A stretch of 64,000 bases of DNA, from positions 231 to 64,230 of the forward strand of contig DATAKL010000064.1 in assembly GCA_036261625.1 (NCBI GenBank), given 5' to 3'. The notes beneath the pieces were generated by a model. That model made no database searches. It had not been told where the DNA came from and worked only from the letters and a program-made list of their open reading frames with translations. Below are positions 56,060 through 64,000 of this stretch, in pieces (within the stretch, counting starts at the first letter, position 1; each line of letters begins with the position of its first letter). The position numbers and the translations under genes are program-made. Source of the stretch: Ignavibacteriales bacterium (GTDB lineage: Bacteria; Bacteroidota; Ignavibacteria; Ignavibacteriales; SURF-24).

Positions 56060-57006
56060 CCCCCGCAGGGAAGATTCTGGCAGGCCTCGTCAAATTCACG
56101 CATGAGCCTTTCAAATAATGTTTTTACTGTGGGGATGTCTTTTATTATTCCAACGCCCTGGCCGGCTTCCATCATTCCCTGAGCCAAGTCGCCTTCAAAG
56201 ATTCCCATGCGCTCACGCTTTTTTCCCAGTAGCTCTTTTAACTCTTCAATGCCGGCCCCAGAACTTTCCGCCGACTGCACCTTGTCGGTGTACTCGTTTT
56301 TAAGCGTCCTTACAAGTCCGATCTTTTTGAGTATCAGAACAGTATCGGTATCCTTTGCCTCACAGATCCTTTTTTTGTATTCCGGGTGTGCGGAGGATTC
56401 TTCTGTAACGGCAAAGCGGGTTCCTATCTGCACCCCTTCTGCTCCAAGGGACATTGCAGCCAGTATGCCGCGCCCGTCGGCAATTCCGCCCGCGGCCATT
56501 ACTGGAATATGAAGATTGTCCTTAAGCTGCGGAATGAGTGTCAGTGTTGTAAGTTCGTCAAGACCGTCGTGGCCGCCGGCTTCAACTCCTTCACCCACCA
56601 CAGCGTCGCAGCCCACACTTTCAGCCTTAAGTGCAAACTTAAGTGAAGGCACAACGTGGATGACAGCAATGTCGTGCTTTTTTAATTCCTCGATAAACTT
56701 GCCCGGATGACCGGCCGAGGAGAAAACGATTTTTACATCCTCTTCAATCACGGCTCTTACAAGTTCTGAGGCGTCTTCACGCAGAAGGGGAATGTTGACT
56801 CCAAAAGGCCTGGCAGTTGCGGCTTTGCACTTTTTTATTTGCTCTCTTAAAAGTTCCGGCTTCATGGAGCCGGCCCCGATTAAGCCCAGCCCCCCGCATT
56901 CGGATACAGCCGAGGCGAGCCTCCAGCCAGAGACCCATACCATTCCAGCCTGAATGACCGGATACTCAATATTAAAGAGTTCTGTTATGCGGTTTTTAAT
57001 TTTCAT
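56056..57006 (-). CDS. NAD(P)H-dependent flavin oxidoreductase (nitronate monooxygenase / FabK-like enoyl-ACP reductase II)
   Basis: Start ATG 57006 gives 316 aa. Signatures: YPVIQAGMVWVS, a TIM-barrel FMN site and AAGGIADGRG. Confidence 0.75.
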   Translation of the reverse strand: MKIKNRITELFNIEYPVIQAGMVWVSGWRLASAVSECGGLGLIGAGSMKPELLREQIKKCKAATARPFGVNIPLLREDASELVRAVIEEDVKIVFSSAGHPGKFIEELKKHDIAVIHVVPSLKFALKAESVGCDAVVGEGVEAGGHDGLDELTTLTLIPQLKDNLHIPVMAAGGIADGRGILAAMSLGAEGVQIGTRFAVTEESSAHPEYKKRICEAKDTDTVLILKKIGLVRTLKNEYTDKVQSAESSGAGIEELKELLGKKRERMGIFEGDLAQGMMEAGQGVGIIKDIPTVKTLFERLMREFDEACQNLPCGG

Positions 57007-57096
57007 GCCGTTAAAATAACAAATCCTGAACAAATACAAATAATAATTTTGTTCAGGATCAGCTGCACCTTTCCAGTGTAAAGTATTTTCAGGTTA

Positions 57097-57531
57097 TCAG
57101 AATGAACGGGCTATCTGCGGCTCTTTTTCTTTAGTCTTTGGCTTCATCTCCGCGATTTTCCTCTGCAGTATGGATATCTTTTCCTCTCCTTTGGAAATCA
57201 CATCCTGCAGCTTTGAAATCCGGGTTCTGCACTTTTTATCCACAAGGGCGAGGCTTTTGATCTCGCTTTTGCAGTGATTCAGGTGTCTGGTAAAGCCGTC
57301 AAGTTTAGCCTGCAGGCCATCCTGGAATTTAGGATTCTCCAGCTCTCTTTCAATTATTGAGGCGAGCTGCCCGGTAAATACGGAGAGCGTATCGTTGATT
57401 TTATCGATCTGAGCTATTGTCCTTGTAATGCTTTCCTCAGTCCTGGTCTTCTTCAGCAGTGAAGGTTTTTCCCTTCTGCTGCAGCCCGGGGCAATAAGAA
57501 AGACTGCCAATAGAAAAATGGCATACTTCAT
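57097..57531 (-). CDS. Lipoprotein with coiled-coil region (hypothetical)
   Basis: Start ATG 57531 after a GGAGG RBS gives MKYAIFLLAVFLIAPGC with a lipobox. 144 aa, helical heptad-like. Confidence 0.55.
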   Translation of the reverse strand: MKYAIFLLAVFLIAPGCSRREKPSLLKKTRTEESITRTIAQIDKINDTLSVFTGQLASIIERELENPKFQDGLQAKLDGFTRHLNHCKSEIKSLALVDKKCRTRISKLQDVISKGEEKISILQRKIAEMKPKTKEKEPQIARSF

Positions 57532-57819
57532 AAATCCCTCCTCATTGCACACAAAAAAATATGCCCTGGTTAACATAAAAAACACGGCACAGTTCAACTA
57601 ACAATTAAGGGATACTGACAAACATTCGGAATGGAGGCTTAACCGGGTAACATAATAATGTATATTTATTTGGTGCTACATGCAAGTATCGCAGTCACAA
57701 ATATCCGGGGTTACGAAGGTAAAATGAAGAATTGAACTTACAGGGAAGTACGGCCTGAGAGATAAAGCTATGCCCGGCTCATACGCATTTAAGCCGGGCA
57801 TAGTTTTTAAAAATTATAT

Positions 57820-58485
57820 CTAATTTATCAGATAAAGATAATTGGGAAGCTTAACTTTTATGCCCGTGTATGCGCCCTTAAGGTCACTCCATTGATCGCC
57901 CACGCAGCCTTCAATCCTGTAGCCCATATTAGTAAGCACAATGCGCTCGATGCTTTTGAAGTTCTCAGCCGGTGCCTTCAGCATATTATCCGGGCGCACG
58001 ATGAGAGTATCAAATGTTGCATAGCCCGCCTCCTTGAGGTTTTTGTATGTGGCATCGTACTGCGCGCGGGTTCTTCCGGAAATGAAAATTATGTGAAACT
58101 TCCTGCCCGCCAGGTAGTTGTATAAATCTTTTACCTCATCAATTGCAGGAGCCTTTGCCTCCAGGATCCACTTATTCCACAGGTCGGTAACATATCCGAA
58201 GTCCATGCTCTTAATTACGGGATAATTTGAAAGCACCGTCTCGTCAATGTCAAAGACTATGGCCGAGCTGTCCCGGACGTTCACTTTATCGAAATCCTTC
58301 ATGGCATTACTGACTGCTTCAAGAAGATCTTTATCGTACTCTCCTGAATCGTAATAGTAACTCACTTCATTTTTTGCGATGCCAAGGTTAACGAGCTTCG
58401 GAGCCGAGGAGCACCCGGCAGCTATTACTGCAGCTGTTATGGCTAACACAAGAGAACTGATTCCACGGACATTTAAGTAATTCAT
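57820..58485 (-). CDS. HAD-superfamily class B/C acid phosphatase lipoprotein
   Basis: Start ATG 58485, with an AAGC lipobox. Carries the FDIDETVLSN (DxDxT) motif and a GDQWSD distal aspartate motif. Confidence 0.7.
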   Translation of the reverse strand: MNYLNVRGISSLVLAITAAVIAAGCSSAPKLVNLGIAKNEVSYYYDSGEYDKDLLEAVSNAMKDFDKVNVRDSSAIVFDIDETVLSNYPVIKSMDFGYVTDLWNKWILEAKAPAIDEVKDLYNYLAGRKFHIIFISGRTRAQYDATYKNLKEAGYATFDTLIVRPDNMLKAPAENFKSIERIVLTNMGYRIEGCVGDQWSDLKGAYTGIKVKLPNYLYLIN

Positions 58486-58541
58486 AAAAAGTCCCAACTC
58501 AGATTTTTAAAGGAACCAAAGTTACGAAACATTTAAGAAAA

Positions 58542-58590
58542 TAAAAAACGGGCGGACCAGCTTCCCATTTTGGGGAAGATGATTCGCCCG
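58542..58590 (-). terminator. Rho-independent terminator of hslU
   Basis: On the minus strand there are nested stems (cgggcg/cgcccg outer, cttccc/gggaag inner) followed by TTTTTTATTTT. Confidence 0.6.
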
Positions 58591-58607
58591 CATAAGATCG
58601 GTTTATA

Positions 58608-59984
58608 CTAAAGGATATACTTACTGAGATCTCTGTTCTGGACTATTCTTTCAAGTTTATCCTTAACCATTTTGCCATTGATCATTACCCTGGAAGAAGG
58701 CATCTGGTCGGGAACGTTAAAGAGAATGTCATCGAGAAGAGTTGTGAGAATTGTGTGGAGCCTTCTTGCCCCTATGTTTTCCACCTGCTCGTTGACGATT
58801 GTGGCAATGCGGGCAACTTCCTTTATTCCGTCTTCAAGGAATTCAACTTCCACGCCTTCAGTCTGAAGTAAAGCCGAATACTGTTTCAGAAGAGCATTCT
58901 GCGGAATAGTAAGTATTTTTATGAAGTCGTCTTCTGTCAGGCTCTTTAATTCCACGCGGATAGGGAAACGTCCCTGAAGTTCGGGTATCAGATCCGATGG
59001 CTTTGAAACGTGGAAAGCGCCCGATGCAATAAACAAAATGTGGTCGGTCTTAACCACCCCGTACTTTGTATTAATGCTCGATCCTTCCACAATCGGGAGT
59101 AAGTCTCTCTGCACGCCTTCGCGCGATACGTCGGGGCCCTGCCCCTTGCCGCCTCCGGCAATTTTATCTATCTCATCTATAAATACAATGCCTGAATCCT
59201 GCACGCGCGTAATGGCTTCTTTCTGTACGGCCTCCATATCGATGAGCTTCTGGGCTTCTTCCTGCGCAATTACGGCGCGGGCTTCCTTAATGGGGGTTTT
59301 CCTTTTCTTCTTTTTCTTGGGCATAATGTTGCTCATTATTTCCTGTATGTTTATGCCCATATCGTCAAAGCCGAAAGGTCCTAACACCTGCATTCCGACC
59401 CCGCCCTGTGCCGAGGAGGTATCGAACTCCACCAGTTTGTCGTCGAGCTCACCGTTGCGCAGTTTCTGCCTCATCCATTCGCGTGTCTTCTGGTTCTGAA
59501 ACGCCTCGTCGGGCTCCTCGCTCGTTTCCTGCGGCGTTGTGCTCGGCTTTTTAACAGGCGGAATAAGCAGATCGAGGATTTTTTCCTCAGCTATTCTTTC
59601 TGCTTTTTCCTGAACCTCGCTGGTTTTTTCAGATCTTACCATTGTAACAGCAAGCTCCGTAAGGTCGCGTATCATGGATTCAACGTCGCGCCCCACGTAG
59701 CCGACCTCAGTATACTTTGAGGCTTCAACTTTAATGAAAGGTGCGCCCGAGAGTTTTGCCAGGCGGCGTGCAATTTCTGTTTTGCCGACGCCTGTAGGTC
59801 CAATTAAAATTATATTGTTCGGAAGAATCTCTTCTTTCATTTTTTCTTCCACCTGCTGCCTTCTCCAGCGGTTTCGCAGTGCAATTGCAACTGCGCGCTT
59901 GGCGTCATCCTGCCCGATTATGAATTTATCGAGCTCCTTTACGATCTGTGTCGGCGTCAGGTTTTTCATTAAATCATTTTTCAT
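58608..59984 (-). CDS. hslU: ATP-dependent protease ATPase subunit HslU
   Basis: 458 aa with Walker [32 protein letters not shown] and the I-domain insertion. Confidence 0.95.
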   Translation of the reverse strand: MKNDLMKNLTPTQIVKELDKFIIGQDDAKRAVAIALRNRWRRQQVEEKMKEEILPNNIILIGPTGVGKTEIARRLAKLSGAPFIKVEASKYTEVGYVGRDVESMIRDLTELAVTMVRSEKTSEVQEKAERIAEEKILDLLIPPVKKPSTTPQETSEEPDEAFQNQKTREWMRQKLRNGELDDKLVEFDTSSAQGGVGMQVLGPFGFDDMGINIQEIMSNIMPKKKKKRKTPIKEARAVIAQEEAQKLIDMEAVQKEAITRVQDSGIVFIDEIDKIAGGGKGQGPDVSREGVQRDLLPIVEGSSINTKYGVVKTDHILFIASGAFHVSKPSDLIPELQGRFPIRVELKSLTEDDFIKILTIPQNALLKQYSALLQTEGVEVEFLEDGIKEVARIATIVNEQVENIGARRLHTILTTLLDDILFNVPDQMPSSRVMINGKMVKDKLERIVQNRDLSKYIL

Positions 59985-60033
59985 TTTATAAAAATCCGTT
60001 TTAATTCTTATTTAATTTTCTTCGTGTTGTTAT

Positions 60034-60579
60034 TCAGTCTTCAGCAATGGTTTCAACGCTTATCTTGTCATTTGTATAAATACAAATATCCGCCGCTGTT
60101 TTCAAGGCTTCTGTTACTATCTCTTTGGTCGAAAGGCTGCTGTACTTTTTCAGCATCTTTGCTGCGGCAAGCGCATACATTCCGCCTGAACCTATGGCAA
60201 CAATGTTGTCTTCGGGTTCAATGACGTCTCCGGTACCCGACACAATATAGGCCTGATCCTGCGAGAGAACTGCCAGCATTGCCTCAAGGCGCCTTAAGTA
60301 CTTGTCTGTCCGCCAGTCCTTTGCAAGTTCAACCGCCGCGCGGCCCACGTTGCCCCTGTACTGCTCAAGCTTTTCTTCAAAGCGCTCGAGCAGAGTAAAT
60401 GCATCGGCTGCGCTGCCTGCAAACCCGCAGAGCACTTTACCGTTATAGAGTTTTCTTATTTTCATGGAATTGTGTTTAACAACCGTATTGCCGAGCGTAA
60501 CCTGTCCGTCGCCTCCGATGGCAGCTACGCCGTTATGAACAACGCCAAGTATTGTGGTTGAGCGAATTTTCTGACCCAC
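60034..60579 (-). CDS. hslV: ATP-dependent protease subunit HslV
   Basis: 181 aa with a TTILGV...GGDGQVTLG Ntn-hydrolase core. GTG start with a 7-residue N-terminal extension. Confidence 0.9.
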   Translation of the reverse strand: MGQKIRSTTILGVVHNGVAAIGGDGQVTLGNTVVKHNSMKIRKLYNGKVLCGFAGSAADAFTLLERFEEKLEQYRGNVGRAAVELAKDWRTDKYLRRLEAMLAVLSQDQAYIVSGTGDVIEPEDNIVAIGSGGMYALAAAKMLKKYSSLSTKEIVTEALKTAADICIYTNDKISVETIAED

Positions 60580-60794
60580 TTTTATCTCCTGTTGTTTTAT
60601 GCGTTAATTTAGGATTGAAGCCTGTAATTTTCCGGATCCTTAATGCAGCAAAGCTTTTGTGCATTAAATTAGGATCACGGGAAAGCTTCGTATCCTATCA
60701 ATATAACAAATTAAAGATTCAAAAATATCCAAATGTCCCCGTGCAAAGACAGTCTTAAACTGTCTTTGCACGGAAATAAACCATATCTACTAAT

Positions 60795-62648
60795 TTAAGG
60801 TAAATTTGCCTTATATTCTAACCAGGGGTCTACCCATTCGGTAAAAGGGGCGGTCATGGGCACGGCAGGAAGCTTTCCCCCGAAACCCATGAAGCGGTAG
60901 GTAAACATGGGAATGTTCACAACCTGTGTCGACTCGAGTGCTTTTTCGTTAATTTTGAGGCCGTACTCGCCGGCAAGTTTAACGGTGTAGTTTACAACGG
61001 ATTTGTAAGCTTTTTGTGTCGAGAGGCTCTTTTTAATGGAATCCTTAAGTTCAGAAAAAGGCTTGTCCACATGCGTAGAGTCTTCCTTCTTGGCTATAAC
61101 CTTAAAGATGGAGTATCCTTCGGGCACTTTTAAGGGACCGTATACGTCTCCAACGGCCATGGTTGAAGCAATTCGGCCGATTTCACCATGCTCGTTTTGA
61201 GAAAAGAAGTCTGTTTCGCCGCCGGACTTTGCTGCAGATTCGCGCTTTGAGTACATGCGTGCCAGTTCATGCATGTCTCTGTCTTTCTTAATTTCATCGA
61301 GCACTTTCTCTGCAACTTCAAGGCTGTCGGTCAGAACCTCAACAATTTTCACCTTTGATGCAGGTGCCGAACCCTCTTCCATTTTATGGAAATACTGCAG
61401 GGCTTCTTCATCTGTAACGTTCGAAGAATCTTTGAATTGCGACCTCAGCAGCTGTGAAAGGTAGTTATCCTTCCACATTTCAAGCGACCTTTTTACCTCC
61501 GGCATGTTCTCGAGGCCCCGCTTATATCCCTCGCGTGTAAGGAGTTCATTTTCAACGTACTTCTTAACGAGCCTGTTAAAGATCTGGAAGATTTCTTTGG
61601 TCTCAGCATTCTGAATGCTGAAGCCTTCCATTGCAAACTCTTCAATGAACTGACCCAGGCTTACGGGATCCTTTTCAAACTCTACGAAGTCTGCTTTCAG
61701 CTCATCCGGGCTGAATGCACCTTTAAGCTTCAGAAGATCAGGGGGCTGAAGAAAAACCAGGTCGCTGTCGGAAATCCTGTCTGTGTACTTTTTCTCCTTA
61801 ATGATGCTTACAAGATTATCTGCAAGCTTCTTAAATATCCTGCTGTTGATGTTAACCTTCTGATGGGAGAAGAAACTGCGGTAGAACTGCTGGTATCTTC
61901 TGGCAGTCGCCCTTTCGTTGGTGATCTTCTTTACAAGCTGTTCCACCTTCTGCTGATCCTTCGGATCCTGGCGAAGCTGAACTATATCCTTAAGGCGGAA
62001 TATGCACCAGCCGTTGGGAGTAAAAACGGGGGAAGTATACTGCCCGACCATGAGACTGTAGATTTCATCTTCGACGGCTTCTTCCATAAGTCCGTATGAA
62101 ACTGTAAGGGTATCCATCCCGCGGCTTCCCTCAGCCTTAAGAATGGAATCAAAAGAGGTTCCTTTCTTAAGGAGCTCATACTTCTGGTTAATATCCTTTT
62201 CGGAGCCGCTTATGAGGTAGTCTGTTTTGTAGGCAAAGCGGGTTCTTAAGTATCCCTTTGCCTCTTCCTCGTCGGGCACTTGGGTCTTCTGTTTAATTTC
62301 CACCTGCCAGAGGGCATCTCTCACGTACATTTTTTCCAGAGAGTTAAAAGCCATTTTAATTGCCTTTGCCGTATCTAGCCCCATGTCGTGTGCCTTTAAG
62401 GCCCAGAGCTTTTCTGCAATAACCGTGTAAAGAAAGCCTTCTTTAAGATCTTCCGGCGCCGTTTTTTTGGGAGGGCGCGGCCACGGGGTCATTTCAAATC
62501 TTTCCAGGAACTCTTCCCTTGTAATCTTACTCTTGCCCGCACTGGCCAGTGCCTGCTGGTCATCATTTGCCTGTGCCATGAGCTTTGTGGGGCACAGCAT
62601 AACAGCTGCACAAAATAAAACTGCACAAAATAAAAAAGCTTTTTTCAT
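60795..62648 (-). CDS. SurA/PpiD-like periplasmic chaperone with parvulin-type PPIase domain(s)
   Basis: 617 aa with a signal peptide and parvulin-like segments (GWCIFRLKD; GYSIFKVIAKKE). Confidence 0.7.
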   Translation of the reverse strand: MKKAFLFCAVLFCAAVMLCPTKLMAQANDDQQALASAGKSKITREEFLERFEMTPWPRPPKKTAPEDLKEGFLYTVIAEKLWALKAHDMGLDTAKAIKMAFNSLEKMYVRDALWQVEIKQKTQVPDEEEAKGYLRTRFAYKTDYLISGSEKDINQKYELLKKGTSFDSILKAEGSRGMDTLTVSYGLMEEAVEDEIYSLMVGQYTSPVFTPNGWCIFRLKDIVQLRQDPKDQQKVEQLVKKITNERATARRYQQFYRSFFSHQKVNINSRIFKKLADNLVSIIKEKKYTDRISDSDLVFLQPPDLLKLKGAFSPDELKADFVEFEKDPVSLGQFIEEFAMEGFSIQNAETKEIFQIFNRLVKKYVENELLTREGYKRGLENMPEVKRSLEMWKDNYLSQLLRSQFKDSSNVTDEEALQYFHKMEEGSAPASKVKIVEVLTDSLEVAEKVLDEIKKDRDMHELARMYSKRESAAKSGGETDFFSQNEHGEIGRIASTMAVGDVYGPLKVPEGYSIFKVIAKKEDSTHVDKPFSELKDSIKKSLSTQKAYKSVVNYTVKLAGEYGLKINEKALESTQVVNIPMFTYRFMGFGGKLPAVPMTAPFTEWVDPWLEYKANLP

Positions 62649-62658
62649 TTTTATAGTA

Positions 62659-63294
62659 TTAGGTTTGATTCTTCCACTTAAACTTAAACGGAATTATTCT
62701 GGATACTCTTTTCATATACACGGCGTACTCTGAACCGAACTTTTCAAGAAGTTTTCTTTCCTCATAGACAGAGCCGGCGTAAAAATAAGCGCTGATACAG
62801 ACAAAAGAAACCAGATAAAAAAGATCCATCTGAGGCCTCAGGCCCAGGAACAGTATTGTAAAAAGATAAACCGGGTGACGGCTTATCTTATAAAGCCCGC
62901 TGGTAACTAAAGTTCCTTTTTCATCCAGATCCTCCGCGCTGTAAGTGCCGTTATACCACCTTATGATCTGTTTAATTCCGAGGAATTCCAGGAGATCGAA
63001 ACTTGTAAAGGACCAGATGAGGAATATGAGGCTTATAATCTGAAGAACAAAGATAATAATGTCAAAAGGAGTATTTAAGTCATAAATAATTATATCGGGT
63101 TTGGGGACAAACTCCAGGAGGAGCATGAAAAGAAAAAAGGAGACCAGGTTGTAGAGCATTCTGTAGAATGCAACATAGTCTCCATACTTTTCTGCAACTA
63201 TCGTTTTAAGCTTCCGGGATGCAAGAAGCGAGTGCACGAGGCCGAAAAGGAAATAGGCAAAAACTATTACAACAACGTCCCCTAAAAGGCTCAT
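62659..63294 (-). CDS. Membrane methyltransferase family protein (ICMT/PEMT/NnrU-like)
   Basis: 211 aa, polytopic. The SGLYKISRHPVYL motif is typical of isoprenylcysteine carboxyl / phospholipid methyltransferase-like proteins. Overlaps rpoN by 4 nt. Confidence 0.6.
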   Translation of the reverse strand: MSLLGDVVVIVFAYFLFGLVHSLLASRKLKTIVAEKYGDYVAFYRMLYNLVSFFLFMLLLEFVPKPDIIIYDLNTPFDIIIFVLQIISLIFLIWSFTSFDLLEFLGIKQIIRWYNGTYSAEDLDEKGTLVTSGLYKISRHPVYLFTILFLGLRPQMDLFYLVSFVCISAYFYAGSVYEERKLLEKFGSEYAVYMKRVSRIIPFKFKWKNQT

Positions 63295-64000
63295 AGCTCT
63301 TTGCGCAGGCGTGCAACCGGAATTCTCAGCTGTTCCCTGTACTTGGCTACTGTTCTGCGTGCAATATGAATACCCTTTTCGTTGAGCATTTCGGCAATCT
63401 TGTCGTCGCTAAAAGGCGCATTTTTGGTCTCACTGTCGCATATCTCCTTAATGAGCTCCTTGATGTGCTTGTTGGAGATCTCCTCGCCGTCATCGGTCGA
63501 AAGTCCCTCACTGAAGAAATACTTCAGCTCGTGAATGCCTACGGGGCTCTGGACATACTTGCCGTTTACGACCCTGCTGATAGTGGATATATCCATTCCG
63601 ATCTCCTCGGCGATATCTTTATATATCATAGGCCTTAAGGCCTTGGGGCCGTATTCAAAGAAATTGTACTGCTTTTCAACAATGGCGCGCATGATCTTCA
63701 TGAGAGTCTCCCGGCGCTGCTGAATTGAGGCGATAAACCATTTGGCCGACTCGAATTTCTCCCTCAGGAACTTGTGGGTTTCCTTCTCGCGGTTTGAGAT
63801 GTTCCTTTTTCTTTTATTCGAATTCAGCATCTCAAGATACGTGGAGCTGATAGTAACAGAAGGGACGTGGCGGTCGTTAAGGGAAATAATAAAATTTTCG
63901 TCCACCTTCTCTACAATAAAATCCGGAGTTATCTGGTTTGCCTGGTCGGACTCAATGTTGCCTTCTCCCGGCTTGGGATTAAGCTTATGGATTAAGCTCA
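63291..64000 (-). CDS. rpoN: RNA polymerase sigma-54 factor, C-terminal part (gene runs off the window)
   Basis: The frame stays open to position 64000 (NPKPGEGNIESDQ...ITPDFIV). It has an HTH region and the RpoN box ARRTVAKYREQLRIPVARLR at the C-terminus. Confidence 0.9.
   Translation of the reverse strand, partial: SLIHKLNPKPGEGNIESDQANQITPDFIVEKVDENFIISLNDRHVPSVTISSTYLEMLNSNKRKRNISNREKETHKFLREKFESAKWFIASIQQRRETLMKIMRAIVEKQYNFFEYGPKALRPMIYKDIAEEIGMDISTISRVVNGKYVQSPVGIHELKYFFSEGLSTDDGEEISNKHIKELIKEICDSETKNAPFSDDKIAEMLNEKGIHIARRTVAKYREQLRIPVARLRKEL

Noticed and set aside
60034-60579. A 7-residue extension (MGQKIRS) before the catalytic Thr-Thr of HslV, considered as a possible mis-start or anomaly.
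   Set aside because: There is no closer canonical start codon. Short N-terminal propeptides occur in other HslV/CodW proteins, so this is not unusual enough to report.

Overview
A 64-kb chromosomal window, probably from an FCB-group bacterium. My guess is Ignavibacteria-like, because three large secreted proteins end in T9SS type-A C-terminal sorting domains. I call about 50 protein genes and saw no rRNA, tRNA or CRISPR array.

Gene content:
- Housekeeping genes: pepT, pdxB, alaS, hslVU and a partial rpoN.
- A compact phenylacetyl-CoA (paa) catabolic cluster on the minus strand (21.2-30.7 kb), with no paaE, paaK or paaF in the window.
- A DUF4159-DUF4175 gene pair.
- A secreted-protease / T9SS-cargo block with two diverged paralogues (12.2-20.8 kb).
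- A low-GC lipoprotein/metzincin island (36-41.5 kb).
- An acyl/acetyl-themed neighbourhood (41.9-53.9 kb): ACP, an ADP-forming acyl-CoA synthetase and a DUF4954 protein in one operon, then a 1526-aa AMP-ligase...GNAT fusion divergent from an HGSNAT-like membrane acyltransferase.

My top candidate for something undescribed is not explained by the ORF track. It is a superfamily of GC-rich hairpin doublets flanked by GTAG/ATAG and CTAC/CTAT, found at eight gene 3' ends (about 1.65 kb in total). Linear sequence blocks are conserved between loci, while the stems differ between and within elements but stay complementary. The grammar resembles REP/REPIN elements, but no RAYT-type transposase gene lies in this window.

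Other observations:
- A 24-nt hairpin loop is inverted between the two copies of the element upstream of the paralogous T9SS genes.
- A hairpin half-site is tandemly amplified in one of those copies.
- A single in-frame TAA splits a thioredoxin-like/NHL-repeat gene.
- Three small membrane ORFs fall below the ORF-track cutoff.

All product calls come from reading motifs by eye. No database search was run.
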